A DNA stretch of 64,000 bases from Trichosphaerium sp. ATCC 40318 (lineage: Eukaryota > Protista > Tubulinea), in assembly GCA_038496445.1 (NCBI GenBank), contig JALMLS010000371.1, positions 1-64,000 on the forward strand, in the 5' to 3' direction. Positions 12,235 to 26,780 of the stretch are shown piece by piece. Every line of letters begins with the position of its first letter. Positions within the stretch are counted from its first letter, which is position 1. Below the pieces are notes generated by a model that made no database searches, was not told where the DNA came from, and saw only the letters and a program-made list of their open reading frames with translations. A program made the position numbers and the translations under genes.

Positions 12235-12421
12235 AAAGGATAGTATTGCTATTAAACCTGTTATCACCAGTAGAGGGCAAAAGTACATCTGTTGTAACAC
12301 CCCAAATGGCTTTAATTTTACAGTGTTAAGTGAAATAACCTGTTTTTATTTTCATTTTGGGTTTTGCCCAGATAATTAGTTTTGGCAGCCTAAGCCATAG
12401 CTTCAACATCTAATCACCAGC

Positions 12422-14400
12422 ATGATAACGTTTTTGTGGCTTGCTCTTGGTGTGACATGTGTAGCATGTGTAGTGTTGCAGCTATACAAACGAAGCCAAC
12501 AGCAAGAACAAACCACCAGCCCTGAATTTCGCACGTTTCAGCGCAACTACCTCCTGGTTTACTACGTCGTTGTTTGTACGCAATTTGAGCGCTTGTAACG
12601 TTAATGAAAAAAAAAACAGGTTCGGATTGGCTTCAAGGACCGTACGTGTATGCGCTGTACGACCACTATGGTTTTAAAAAGCAACAAATTGCCACGTTGT
12701 TTATCGCTGGGTTCGGATCATCAATGGTCTTTGGCACCTTCGTTGGCGCTCTGGCAGATAAATAGTACGCTCATCGCAAGCACCACATTTACTGACAGGT
12801 GGTGACACTTTAGTGGCAGAAAAACAATGGCGTTGGCATTTGGCGTCTTTTACATCGTCTCATGCGTCACCAAACTGTTTAACGACTTTAATATGCTCTT
12901 GTTGGGTAGAATAACTGGTGGCGTCGCTACATCGCTTTTGTTTTCTACATTCGAAGCGTGGATGATATGCGAACACAACAAGGTAACCATAACAAACAAT
13001 AAATGCGACAAACGTGGTTTTTTTTTTTCACCAACAGTTTGGTGACACATACTTCCATAGCACCAATTTTCAGAGTCGTGGCTGTCTGACACGTTCTCTT
13101 GGTCAACATTTGGCAACGGCGTTGTAGCAATCTTGTCAGGAGTGCTCGCTTCCTTTGTAGCAAGAAGCTATGGTAAGCTACCTGCAACCCACTCATAGAT
13201 AAAACAAAGTCTCCCCTTGACCTGACATGTTTACGTAGGCTTCGTGGCGCCATTCATGACTTCAATCCTGTTCTTGGCCGTTGAAATGATCATAGTCTTC
13301 TTCACGTGGACTGAAAACTATGGAGATGCCAAGATTGAGATACAGGGCACATTCACAAATGCAATTAATGCGATGCGTAATGGTAAGTGGCAACTGTCTA
13401 ACAAACTCGATCAGGTTTTTCCTTACACAGACAAAATCTATTCAACGTATGATTAACTATTGTCGCTACTAGACCTACGCATACCTCTACTTGGACTCAT
13501 ACAATCGCTGTTTGAGGGCTCAATGTACTTGTTCGTGTTCATGTGGACACCAATGCTGGAGAACGTTGCAAAGGAGGTACGTATTTCCACACATGACATG
13601 ACATGTTGCAGATTTATTGACATATAATTTTTTTTGCTTAGGATTTTAAAACTGAAGGCGGTTTGCATGGCCTCATATTCGCTGCATTCATGATAGCCAT
13701 GATGGTAGGCAGTTCAGTGTTTTCTCTTGCTGTCGGGACAATGAAGATGTCTATCGAGTCCCTGATAAAGGTGGTCTTCCTTACAGCTACATGCGCATTG
13801 GCTGTACCAGTTTTCATTAAGGTCAGCATCCACCGCGACAACAACACCACATCACTCACACTAGTTTTAGCAAGCGAATATAATATTGATCGCGTTCATG
13901 GTATTTGAAGCGTGTTGTGGCATGTACTTCCCTTGCATTGGATCTGTACGCACACTTTTAAACACGTGTTCAAAAATATTTGATGCAAAAAAACGCGAGA
14001 TTGTTGACACACTAACCAAACAAACAGTTACGTGGACGAATTATTCCAGAGGATAACAGAGCTGCTATTATGAACTTCTTCAGAGTACCATTGAATATTA
14101 TTGTAGTGTCCACGCTGTACTTTGTACGTCATTGTGCTTTACAACAAGAACGCAAATGTTATTAACGCAACTTCTCTCTTCTAGATCGATTCTCTTGGTG
14201 ACGATACCATCTTCCTCCTTTGTGCATGTGGTCTTGCAGGTGCCCTGGGATTAACAATGATCCTCACTTCAGCTACCACGCCAGAATCTAAGATTGGTAC
14301 GTGGCCTGTAATAATACAGCCGTTATTTTTATGCCATCAAAAAACAATGTGTATGTCGGCCATAATAATAACTATAGAGCATAGTGAGCAAGGAAACTGA
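12422..14400 (+). CDS. MFSD5: Molybdate-anion transporter (MFSD5/MOT2 family), multi-exon
   Basis: Spliced translation contains FRTFQRNYLLVY, SDWLQGPYVYALY, GRITGGVATSLLFSTFEAWM, LFEGSMYLFVFMWTP and RAAIMNFFRVPLN. Confidence 0.92.
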
Positions 14401-14725
14401 TTGGGTTTCACAAATGGAAGACGATAAAGCAAGCTCTGATGTATAATAGCGTTGTAACTTGTAATTTAGCTCAAATAATCTAATCTGCCCATCCAATACA
14501 TACATTTGGGCGGCACATCAATAACATACACGACATTTTCTAGTAGTAAAGCAAATGTATATGGTGTGACATGTCTGCGTGAGTTCTTCAGTGAATGGTT
14601 AAGTGAACTTTTTCTTTGTCTTTCAGGCACACCCAATTTCGCAGCTTTTACCTTCCAGGCAGGTAGTAAAAGGTTTTGAACGCAGCGAACAGTAGTTGTA
14701 AGGCTTGTGTGCTCACTTTGCAAGC

Positions 14726-16451
14726 ATGGAACGAAAACTTGTGCCTGTCGCCACCATTAATACACATAAAGACTACGTTACATGCGTGAGAACGCTTCCT
14801 ACTGGATCAAATAGTACGTGCTTGTTCATTTCTCGAGAAAGTCTTCATAATTTGCTTACATCTAAATAAGAGCTTGGTTTCATATCCACCAGCGCCTCTG
14901 GTAGCCTAAAATATACAGAAGTTGATATTAGGTACAATGCGCCTTACTCTTGCCGCTGACCGCGTCAAACAACGCCACTTACTAAAGTAATGCCCACAGT
15001 GCAATCAATGGAGACTCAATGGACACCTCAAGTAATGAGTCATCTCCCGAACCGCTGTACCAACACCAGACACTGTTCAACGCAAAGTTCTCACTTGTTT
15101 GCGCTGATGTTATCAACGCGTCAAATGACATGTGCCTGTGCGCCTGTGCTGGCCTCGACAAGAAGATAGATCTATTCCTCAGGAGTACGTGCTCCCACAC
15201 ACAATCCACTGCACAAGGGCACGACCCACTGATTTAGTATAATAGCGCCTACTTCGATGAACAGGTTCGTACACGCAATGTCCATACCAACAAAGTGCGG
15301 GATAAACACATTGCGCTTGATCAAAAGAGAATTCTCGACAAAGAAGCATGGTTCCGTATTGTCTGCATACTTATACGCTGGAGGTCACTCGTCTCACTTG
15401 TTTCAGCATTACATTGGTTAGTTCTCCACCATCTAGACATACTCATAAACACAAAAACTGGCTTACTTATTATTGTAGTCCTTGAAATCAAAAAAGATGG
15501 CAAAGTAGACGCACGCGTTACAGATAGCATAAGCGTATGGGTACGTGCACATCATTTTTGCTTCTACATAATTCAAATTGGTGTTATGTCACCCCGCCTC
15601 TCTGCCTCATGCTGTGTGTGATTTCTCGTTTGGGTCATATTGGCGATAGCTCATGCCACACGCTTCCTAATTTGATCAGCGTTCTAAAAACCCTCTCTAG
15701 GCGCACAAGGATCACATTAGATCACTGCAAGTCAACCACGATAACACGAGGCTATTAACGTATGAACTATCGAATTCCAATATCTGTAAAAGGGTGCTAA
15801 CGGAGATTGTTTAGCGCATCAGATGATGGATGCCTTCATCAGTGGGGACTACAACATGGCCAAGCTCCTAGTTCTGAAGGTACAATGCAGCGACACGACA
15901 ACGATGCTCTCACTGTTGATTTTGTGGTACGTACCAGCAAGTCAGTCCGTGCTTATTGCCAACTGCAACAAATAAAAACCAACTGACATGTTCTGTTTGC
16001 ACACACAGGGTAACAACACTGCCGTCAGTGGAGGGAAGGACTTTACAGTTCGTTTTTGGAGTCTATTGCGCTCCAAAGAGACTACAGAACGCCAGGCAGG
16101 TCAGGTTGACGTACCAGCCGTGATTTACAGCCTACACGCAGTAAAAAACGACTTTTTGTGCGGATGTGGCGACGGCTCGGTACGACTCTTCACGTATGCT
16201 AAGAACAACAAATCCAAACTAGTCACCACAAATAAACTGCACAAAGGCGCTGTCACTACAACGGTAAGTTCCACACACAGCGAATGTTAGCTACAGAATG
16301 GCAATTTCAAAAATTAAGATTAAGACCAACACACAAACACAAAGAGTAATTACTCACATATATTTAGGTAATGTTTCGTTTCGGTGATGAAGAGTACAGT
16401 TTATCCGGTGGCAAAGATAACAGCATTGTCCTGTGTCGGATAGTTGGATAA
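14726..16451 (+). CDS. WD40-repeat protein, multi-exon
   Basis: HKDYVTCV, SDDGCLHQWD, AVSGGKDFTVRFWS, CGCGDGSVRLF, HKGAVT and LSGGKDNSI. Confidence 0.8.
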
Positions 16452-16890
16452 GGGGTGGATCTTGGACGACGTGCTGCCCCGTCATTAACCCGCCCAACTG
16501 GCACTATTCTAAAGCGTCCTCAACGGAAAGCATCTGTAGAAGTGCGCTAACTTGTACATACGAGCACTGATACGGATCATTTTGCAACGCAGTGACGTGG
16601 CGGCCGTTGACACAATTTTTTTTTTCAGTGATAGGTGTCACAACCCATTCATTGTCATATGCCAAAGGCAACCCATAGAACTGCTACCAGCCCCCTATCA
16701 CAAGGCTGACTCGTCAAAAAAATATTTCCTTGTAATAAAAAAGCACAACAGACGTTGCAACGGCTTTACATGACGTTAGTTTTGTTAAGATGTTTACTAT
16801 GTCACTGTAGTTCGGGGTAATGTTACCCCAAAATGGGGTAAAGTTCCTGTATTTTCTACATTTTTTTTGTTCTCGCTTTTTAACCTAGCT

Positions 16891-18519
16891 ATGAGCACTA
16901 CGCAGACAAAAACGCTCACCACGGAGTATCAAAAGTCGCATGGCGTACCACCTGAGTACACTGGCGCTGGCCTTCCCTCAAAGTTTATAGAGGTGCCATA
17001 CAACCAACCTCACTGGAAAAGAAAGGCGCTCATTCAAAAAAAATACCCTGAAGTTAAAAAGGTAAGAACTTTGGTAACAATGCTCAAACGCGCATACTCA
17101 CGCGTGAATATAGCTACAAGTGCCAGATCCAGTCTCTGTACTACACATTATGTTCATTGTCGTTTCACAACTCGCTATAGCGTATTTTTTGAGAGATTAT
17201 CCATTATGGTACGGTCGTATGTCGTATGTTGCGTTTTCCTAATGTTCCGAAGGGTAAATTTTTTGGCTGGATATTGCGTTGGAGGTGCGTAAACCTGATT
17301 ACAGCGTTCTTTTTTGTATTAAAACTGTCCCAAAGCAATATTTGATCATGCCATGTGGGTACTCATTCACGACGCAACACACGACACCATATTTGCCTCC
17401 AGAACTTGTACGCGCCACAGCAGCTCGCGTATATCATGACACCTTGGTGCTAATTTTTTTTTCGCAGACAACATGATGTGCCTCTTGCTCGCCAATGTTC
17501 CTCTCCTATTTCCTTCCGCCATTCACTTCCGTCACTACCATCTACTACATCACGCTTACCTCAATGAAGCGTACAACGACCCTGATGTACCAAGCGCATG
17601 GTAAGGCTTTGAGCATTTAGGTGACAACATGAACAAACACTCATCCAGGCCCCTTTTGCCTTCATTGCATCAATCCAACTAACACCAAAATATTTAGGGA
17701 AAACGCCCTCCTTGGTGGATCTGCGCTAGGTAAAGCACTATGGCTCTTTCTCTTTCCAATATGGCAGGGCGTACGTACCGTTTAAATTTTCTTAGACGTC
17801 TCGTGTACACCCAGGATCTACACAAAGCACGAAATATGCCTTGACTCACCTCTATCTTAGATACGTATCCTGAGATTCTCATCTAAGCCAAAACTGGACG
17901 TATGGTTGGTTGGCAACGTCGCCATTCAATTGGCGACTGCTTATCTCGTATACACTTACATGGGATTGATGCCTCTGTTCTACCTATTCATTAGCACAAT
18001 GTTTGCAGTTGGATTACACCCTGTCGGTACGGTTTTTTGCGAATAAAAGGACCCTGTACCTATTATTACTGCAACCGAATACAAAGCTAATAGCGAACAA
18101 CAGGCGCACGATGGGTTGCTGAACACTATGCTACTGAACCTAATCAGGAAACATATTCATATTATGGAATACTAAACAGAGTTTCATACAATATCGGTAT
18201 GTTCAGCGGCTAGGCTAATACTTTCTTCTAAACCTAATTTTCACCAGGCTACCACAACGAACACCACGATCTACCTTCTGTCCCTTGGGCTAAGCTCCCT
18301 GCCGTCAAAAAGATTGCACCGGAATTCTATGATGTACGTACAAACAACCACATGATCGTTTTTATTCAAGACCAACGCACCCATCCACCTTACTTACATT
18401 GTACATAATAGAATTTGGAAACACACGATTCCTACTTTATGCTACTCTTCAAGTTTATTTTTACACCACGGTTTTCATTGGAAACGCGAGTGATCAGAAG
18501 ATCCAAGAAACAAAAGTAG
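16891..18519 (+). CDS. DEGS1: Sphingolipid delta-4 desaturase (DES1 family), multi-exon
   Basis: [19 protein letters not shown], His boxes HDATH, HLLHH and HNEHH, and [10 protein letters not shown]. Confidence 0.92.
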
Positions 18520-18711
18520 ATGTAGAGAGTCCTGAAAATAAAATAAAAAATAAATTACTTCAACGTACAAACACCCCTTATTCTCAAATACGTGAAGAAG
18601 TGATGTGTGACGGCCAGCAATGCAACCACCAAAAATAGCAAAAGAGAGTGGGCCAAATCGTCATTGTTGCTCGCGTGTACAAAATGAGATTTGGTTTTAT
18701 TTAAACTTAAA

Positions 18712-21700
18712 TTACTTGTAGCAGCACTGTAATACAATATTTTTCAAAATTCTCCTGGCGGTAGCGTTGGTTGTGTGTATTTCGGTGTTTGTCGGCGTAA
18801 GAATCAGTTTTGCCTCCAAAGATTTTATTATTAAAACGGATCCGCCGCTTTCCGCCTGCTCTGTGACGCGCACGTCTACTATCCTCGCCTGAGAGATATT
18901 TGGTTAGATCGTAATTTAAAAAACCAGAGATTTTGATGTCAAAACCCTGAAAGCGTCCAAATAAAGCGCAGCCAGAGAAAATATTATGGTCGTCAAATAC
19001 GTGCCTCAGACAATAATTTTAGAACCTTCTTGAGGCGCGGCGATCCCCACAAATGTCGTGGTGGCGTGGTATCAGTCGCGTTTTGGCGTGTATCCAATTG
19101 GAACCTAAAGAAGGGTTTAAATAAAAGAGCTCTTGTAGTTATTTAAAAGAGGAGATTATTTTTTGTTCCTTTTAGGGTAGGGTTGTATGGACCCAACAAC
19201 AGTTCCGAAAAATGAAAAGCGATTTTCGGCGTACAATCCATCTTGCATTGTTAGCGTAGCACTGACAGATGCGACTGAGCGACTACCAATATGATTGGGT
19301 GAAATTTCCATTGCCAACTATAGGCGTTAGCGCTTTGAAAATAGAGAGAATCACATGAAGTCAAAAAATAGATTTGCCGACATTGTGATATTCTGACTAT
19401 AGCCAATATAGGAAATAATACAAGCTGCGAATAGTATTCTAATACGTACCGCTGGCGTTATCTGGCAGGAAGCGTACTTTTGGCTGATTGGTATGGACAA
19501 AGTAGATAAATGGCCGTATTCGTGCAACGCACCATCATATTGCACTTGCAAGTAGCCTAATCGCGTAGTGAGATAAAAACAAGTGTAATTTATTTATTGC
19601 AATTCTCGGGCTAATGCAGTTTTTTAGAAAACTGGCGCTATTTTCACAGATCATAGGTATTCCTGCTGCGTGCATTAAATTTAGGGCTTACCTTGTTCTC
19701 GTTTTGGGAGAATTACGCGTTTAGGTTTGATATCCTTAAGAATCTGCGCAGATTGCTGGTAGTTGAGGCGCATATCGATCGGGTAGCGATGGATGTCACA
19801 ACTTATCGGCTCAAATGGCATCAACGTCTGTACAGGATCGTATTGAGTATCTAGAGAGAACGAGAAGGTTATTATTAAAAAAAAAGTGTCACAACAAGTC
19901 CGGTTTGAGTGCTTATTTTATCCTTCACCAAACCGATGTTGCCTTTTATGCCAAGCGACAAGTGTCGAGCATGATGGTGTAAAAAGTTTCATGCTTTTTT
20001 TTTTTGTGTACGGTTTTTCGGTTTGGGGCCGTCGTCGTAATAATAAAGTGGCCGGTGGTTTTGACGTACCCGTAAGAATAATACAGTTCCGAGCATCTGA
20101 CTTGAGGTAGTTAACCAGGTGAACGCCATCTCCAAAGCGCAATGAAGGATGTCCTGCGAAGACGATGCAAGGAGTTTGTAAAATCGAAAAAAGATTTCCC
20201 GCTTTAATCGATCTGTAGCAAAATAGTTTTTTAGTTTGTATCAACTGAGAATGCGGAAATGGTGGCTCAGGCAAGTAGACCTTCTCTTGTTTCGCATCGT
20301 CGACCCTAAAGGAATTTATTCTAAAATTCGAAAAAACCTGCAGCAGTTTCCCAAAAGGGGAAGAGAAAATTACACAGAGCAAAGGAAGGCAACGTATCTC
20401 CAAGAAACGCTCGTAAAACAATAATAACGAGCCATTTCAACAAACTGAGTACGTTGAAAGTGATTTAAAGAGACAAGAGAAATCAAAAAACAACTTTTAG
20501 TTGCAAAAACCCATCATAATGCACCACACTCTTTTTTAAACTGTAGGGAACACATACGTGCACCCTTTTTTGTTTTCAATTGTTGTGTGCTTGGTTTGGG
20601 GTTGTTCGAAAAAAATTCTTTCGGTAAACAAAACAATGCCATTTTCGCACAACTGTCGCTCTTTTGCACGAAAAAACGCTTATATAAGCGAAAATCGTAA
20701 GTTCAGGCGACTTTTTGGTTTTTGAAGAAAGCCTAAAAATAAGAAAAAAAAAGGGTTGTAGCCGATCGTCATGCAATCTCGACCGGCCTACTAAATGAAC
20801 ATGGCGATCTTTTTTGTTTTTTGGTGTTTTTCTTTTTTGTTTTTTTGTTGTGGTTTCTTTGCTCGGAACAAACTGCCCAAAAAAAACCCGACATAAAATA
20901 CGCTGTGGCAACCAACATAACGTTTTTTCATAGGCGTACCATTCAGCCACAATCTCAGAGTAAGCGCATATCGTCTCTGCAACCGGTGAGACCCAATACA
21001 TACAAGTTTCCTCGAGCCCCACGCCAATCAAGTATTGGTGTATGAAATTGAACAAATCGAATATAGTACCCGCAGGCGCGCATGGCAGTAGTACTACGCC
21101 ATTCCTCTTCAAAGTTACACCTTGACACGTAAGTACTCTTAGACAGCCAGATACAGGTGTCAAACCAAAACACACCAACTTTTTACAAAAAAACTACAAA
21201 ATAATTTTAGTAGCGAGAGTGAGAATGGAACCAAAATCTTTGTGCACACAAAAAAAAATAACTACGATGACGCCATAATTTCCATCAAATAATCTTTTTT
21301 CACTAAAATACCACTTGCCCATGTACCAGCCTTTCGGTACAAAACCCAAAAACCCAAAAAACGTCAAATAGTTTTTTTTTGATCTTGTAAAACAAAACGG
21401 CGTTCCACTTTTTTTTGTTAATACGCAATCTACTTGGGTTGTACTACAGTCACTGCAAAACTGGCTGTTGACATAAAAACCATAAAAAAAAATTAATGTG
21501 CACGAGTTCATGCGTAGGCGTGGTTTTTTGTACACCGTCACACATTACAAAATCATTTTCTGTTATTTGAACCCGGATCATTTTTCTACAATCAAACTAA
21601 TAACGAGGCGCGTTCAACACGTGACTTTGTCAAAACATATTATAAACTATTCGGTTAGTGAGTCGACTCGGAGAGCATTTCTTAAAACAACATTTGGGGT

Positions 21701-24585
21701 TTTTTGTGTGCACAAATCATACTTTTTTTTTTTTGTTTTTTTTTCGAGAGACTCAAAACCACCATGCACCTCGTTAAATCACCTTCGTTGTCTTCGACAC
21801 AATGCGCATCAGCGTGTCTCCCGCTTCGTACGACAGTAACTAATGCCTATACCAGACAGTCGAATCAAGAGTCTTTTATACAACAACTCAGAATGGACCA
21901 TCAACGTTCCCGAGCGATGGATCTTACCTTTATATGCTCAAACAAACAAGAAAGCGACCGTAATCAACGCCCCAACAACACAGTGAACGGCAGTGTACAA
22001 CAGCAACGACGATCGCCCCAAAGCAGCACAAATTGGGTGCCTACGAACTCTACTGCAGGCACTGCAAGAAGAACAACACAACCGAGTCAGGAAGATCTGA
22101 GTCGGTCCGAAGTAGAAACTGCGCAAATACTAGCAGGTTTGGAACACCGTGACAAGCCAGCCAAACACAAAGAAGCGGTTCCAGCACCAGAGCCAAGAAG
22201 AAAGAAAGTGGTGTTGCCGCGAAGCCTTGCTCCTCTTGACAAACTCAAAATCAAACAACAGAACCAACACGCAAACGCTAACTTATGGTCGTATCAAGGG
22301 GCGCCAACGTACCATCATCAACCGGTTAGAAACTACGGTTATCAAACAAACTTTTATCATCCGTATCCACCTGTCAACACAGCGTACGGTAGATTTCCTA
22401 CTTCTGCCACAAAGCCACAACAGGTCTACCACGCGAACTTGATGTATTATCCTCACCAGACAATGGCGACAACAACGAAGAGGATAAAACCGGAACGTTA
22501 CATTTTCAAGGAGTCAAAAGCGCAGTGCAAGTCAAATGGTAACGTTAAGGAAAAACAAAAATTGAAGCAAGTGCCGTCACCATCAAGGAAGCCTTGTCCT
22601 AACTGCTCATGTACAACCTCAACCCTTTGGAGATCTTGTGAACTGCGAGGCGGCGTTAAAGCGTACTTGTGCAACGCTTGCGGATTGCGATACAAGAAGG
22701 GCAAATTTTGTAGATATTGTTTTAAGGTATATTATGACGCTGACACCAACAGTTTGGAATGGTTACGATGTTCAACATGTCAAAATTGGTCTCACAAGAC
22801 TTGCGTTTTCAACACAACAAAACCTGGTCCTCGGTATGTTCACACATGTCCAACTTGTAAACAAAAAGGTGGCTCTACGACGGGGACACATTAACAATTC
22901 AAAAAAAACCAACACCAACACACAAAACTCACCTCACACACGCACACTTCTTTCTCAAAAAAAAAAAAAGACATGTGCCTATACACCCACTTTACACGTC
23001 ACGCACGCTCTTCTTTTGTACATAAAAAAATAAACTAATTTAAAACTATCAACCAACAAAAAAAAAGCTGCACACAAGTTCTTCTTCACACTTCTCTCTC
23101 TCGCTTTAAAATGGTTTTTTTGTGTTTGTATTTAAATTGTGCGTACCTATGTGATTGCACACTTTAGCCAGTTCTTGGTCCGGATGTTGGCAGTCGTGTA
23201 CTGCAAGTGTGTCCATTATTGCGATATCTGCGTTCATTAAACGGCTGCGGTCGAGATCTGACGCGTGTTTCATGTGCGTGTTACTAATTTCTGCGGAGGA
23301 AGACATGTAAATGATCTACAAAGGCGGTAGAGCCACGAAATGTTAATACACACAAATTGAGCACATTGTTCGGACCTTTTGATATTGCGATTCTATTACC
23401 CAGTTCGCTCCTCCGAGACAATAACCAGAGCTCGTTGGTATGATTTTTAACGCGTCGTAGATCATCTAAAAAGATCGAGCTGTCAGTGATCATGAGAAGG
23501 CAGTTGGTTATTAGTAGTTTTCGTCAGAATACTTCAAAAAAAAAATGCTAAGGAGAGGTAACAAAAAACAACAAATTTAAATTGCTAGGCTCCAAGTACC
23601 GCTTCTTGGTTAAAGTTCATTGTTGTAATCTGCGCTAGAGCGTTATCTATCATTTCTTTTGTGAGTTGAGGCTTCCAGTACGGCAAGTTAGGCAACTGGT
23701 TCTGTACTTGCTCTGATAGACTCCTATATCATCAAAACATGTTAACTCTTTTGTTTTCGATGCTCATAGCTGCAATACATACTCGTATATGGACTGTACT
23801 TGTGACGTGGGGACATGCTTTTCATTGCTCATGTCTGATGAACAACAAAATCCAGACAACTCGTATAGCAGTTGCCTATAAAAGTGTTAAGAGAGGTGAT
23901 TGCACGCTAATAGAAATGACATACCTCCCAATAAATACTGTTGGTTCTGTGGCGAATATCTTGCCTTGACAGAGCGCACGTGAGCTCAAATGAAACCATT
24001 GAATTGACAAGTGTTGTTGCAAACGTACCTTTAAAGTTTGTTGATGATGTTAGATAGGGTAAACCCATTATATTTTCGTAGTTTGAAATGAGTACAATGT
24101 CTATCGTGCTCAGATCGAGATAGGCTGAGTCGATTGGCACGTGAAATCTATGAATAACGTCAACATCACCTATAGGTGTACTCATGGCGCAATGTTGCAC
24201 GGTGGAGATGAAGTGTATCGGCGGGAAGATTTAAATCAAATGTCATACAAAAAAATGAAGAACTTTTAATTTTTGAGCTAAAACGCGGTGGGAAAGCTAC
24301 CAATGCGCGTATTTAAACGTACCGTGGCTCTCCGAAGTTGTAATACACGTAGTTTCCATGTTGTAAAAACAAATTTTGATCAGTGTATTGAGATGTGCTG
24401 TGAGTACGGTTTGGTATAAGATTTGATAAAGACTTGAACTCTATGCCACAATCGAGAAGAATAGTTGTATTTTTGAACGTAATGATAGTACAAGCCGCAT
24501 GTGGATTCTTCCCCAGCGAATGCTACGTAGTTTGAGCGTTTCTGGCGGTTACAAGCGAAATTTACTAATAACGCACCAATTTCAT
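18712..24585 (-). CDS. INTS9: Integrator complex subunit 9 (inactive MBL/beta-CASP), multi-exon
   Basis: MKL/HSLGKNPHAAC..ILLDCG, DLSTIDIVLISNYENIMGLPYLT, VLLPCAPAGTIFDL, KVYLPEPPFPH and PCIVFAGHPSLRFGDGVH. Unusually long introns at 20306-20939 and 21121-23146. Confidence 0.9.
21893..22894 (+). CDS. GATA zinc-finger plus PHD-finger protein nested antisense in an INTS9 intron (start could be upstream at about 21764)
   Basis: Uninterrupted ORF. CPNC-x21-CNAC with LWR and LCNACGLRY is followed directly by a C4HC3 finger (CRYC...CSTC-x4-H-x2-C...CPTC). Confidence 0.88.
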   Translation: MDHQRSRAMDLTFICSNKQESDRNQRPNNTVNGSVQQQRRSPQSSTNWVPTNSTAGTARRTTQPSQEDLSRSEVETAQILAGLEHRDKPAKHKEAVPAPEPRRKKVVLPRSLAPLDKLKIKQQNQHANANLWSYQGAPTYHHQPVRNYGYQTNFYHPYPPVNTAYGRFPTSATKPQQVYHANLMYYPHQTMATTTKRIKPERYIFKESKAQCKSNGNVKEKQKLKQVPSPSRKPCPNCSCTTSTLWRSCELRGGVKAYLCNACGLRYKKGKFCRYCFKVYYDADTNSLEWLRCSTCQNWSHKTCVFNTTKPGPRYVHTCPTCKQKGGSTTGTH

Positions 24586-24727
24586 CTCAACGAGCCAAAA
24601 TACGCCAAACTAATAGCTAGTGATGCTTTTCGTGTGGTTTTTCTCAAAAAGTCGGTTAAGCCACCCCCCAAAATGTAAAATACAATACAACACGCAAAAC
24701 GCAGACTTTAGTTTACTGGCAAGTACA

Positions 24728-25585
24728 TTACAAAGGACAAGCGTATTTTGAATTGATTCTAAAGTGGTACTGATCACCAAGTATGACACCTTCAGTTTTT
24801 TGGTTAGTTAGACGTCATAGTATGGCTGTCAATCACGCAGGTTAAAAACAATACTACAATCGTACCTGGATGAGACGCATCGTTGTAATCTTTGCATGTC
24901 CTACAACGGTGAGAAAGGAGATAATGACAGTGTTACTTTGGTACCTGACGTGCTCCACGTGAAATTTTCCAAATTGAGTGGCATCGCAAATGAAATAAAT
25001 ACGTGCTTGGGATGAGGTTACGTGGTTTATGTAGTCTCCATGGTACAGGCTGTAATACCCTTAGCGCCCTGACAATGCGACAAACTCGTACTTGAGCATC
25101 ACACCATCTTTGAAAGGTGTTTCGTCCCATGCATAGACTGTTGAGTCACCAAGTGCCTTGACACATATTCAATGACTTGGTTTTGTGTTGTACTTATTGT
25201 CATACCTTGCACGTGGTTTTATTGGCGGATACCTGGTTGAGTGGTGATGCTCGCTTACAGCTGTCGAAAAAGGGTGCTACATCACCACAAGGAGACAACT
25301 GAAACCAAAAGTTTTCCACGTGACCTTGTTGAGCCTATTATTCACTAAACGACCGTCATATATACGTGCCTGTATCATTCAGAGGCTGTTGCCACACGTA
25401 TGAACCGTTTCTAGGATAGTAAGCAAATGCCAAAGGGTAGTGGCGCCAAGGTGGGCACCAACGTACGATGGTATTAATGCTGTTAAATCGTAATTTTTTC
25501 CAGCCGCTGTAAACTTGCAAGGTATGGTCGTAGCGGTAGCACCAACGATGACGAAGACTGTCAGAATATAGTAAAATTTATCCAT
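24728..25585 (-). CDS. Small secreted protein with a mannose-6-phosphate-receptor-homology (MRH)-like domain
   Basis: Signal peptide, CKFTAAGKNYDLTAL, FQLSPCG and C-terminal YHFRINSKYACPL. Confidence 0.6.
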
Positions 25586-25808
25586 AATGATGACCCTTTT
25601 GTACGTGAGTTTTTAAGAACGGACCAATTTTTTTTTATTTAAGGCACGCCATTGTTTCTTGTTTTGAGCGCTATACAACAAAGCGCTATGAGCGCCTCCC
25701 AAAAAAGGGTTTTCTGTTATTTAAGTAAGTTTTATTTGGTTTTTTTTGTACATCACCGTTATTAGTATCCTTTTTGTTTCTGGAGCGTGAGGACCATTGA
25801 CGGGCTAG

Positions 25809-26430
25809 TTAGTTAACCCGGGCATTTTGGTTCGAGTTGTACCCAAAAAAGAAAAGGAGAATCTGCAGGAAGAAGCACAAGAAGTACAACACCGTGAAAG
25901 CGGCAAAGCTGGCCCATAATAGTGCGCGATTGAGGTATCGTACGCTATATTCCTCTTGCTTCTTGAGGAATAAGAACATACCGTGTACCAGTTCACCGAG
26001 GAGGTTCATAAAGCAGTAGATAAATATAATTTCGTTGGGTTCAAGTGCAACAATGAGCGCAGCCGATATGAGCAAATGACCAACTATCTGACATATTACG
26101 AAAGCGAGAGCTATGAGTTCGCCTTCGAGAAAGCGAAACACAACCCACGCTATGTATAACAGCATGATAAATACAAAGAATCCAATTTGTGCCTACGGTA
26201 AACGCATTAGAGAAACCTGGACAACTGTATGGTGTAGAGCGAAAACCACGGGCCGAATTGCTAAAATAGTATTTTACCCCTCTCATTGGCAACAGCTTGT
26301 TATCTATCGTCGTATAGTGCGCGAAGGATGCAAGGGACGCTCCAATTGCTATTGTTTTGAGTATCATCTCGATCCACCCCAAAGGTACATAGACCCTCCA
26401 ATCGCAACGCCATCGTGACTCTGAAGACAT
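25809..26430 (-). CDS. Uncharacterised small multi-pass membrane protein
   Basis: Spliced ORFs with several hydrophobic segments. No family recognised. Confidence 0.6.
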
Positions 26431-26780
26431 AGCTACACTGTTGTTATGTTATGCCGGTTATGAAGCGTAAAAACTTTGACGGGATCGCAAAAGGCGAAAG
26501 GGTAAAAAATTTGTAACTAATTTCATGGTTGAAGTGTACAAAACGAACTAATCGGGCCGCACCTGCGTAATCTGTGCCTGTCTCTCCTTCTGTCATGTTG
26601 AAATGAAGCGAAAGGTATATGGAATGGGTGGCTTGGTACAACTATGTGATTCTATCGTTGTTGACGTCGTACACGTACTTCAAATTTAAAGAATAAGCCG
26701 TTTAAGTCAAAATGCTTTAAAAATAAAACGTCAGAATGCGTCATTTAAGTGCACTGTACAATCCAAAGGTGTAATACGCG

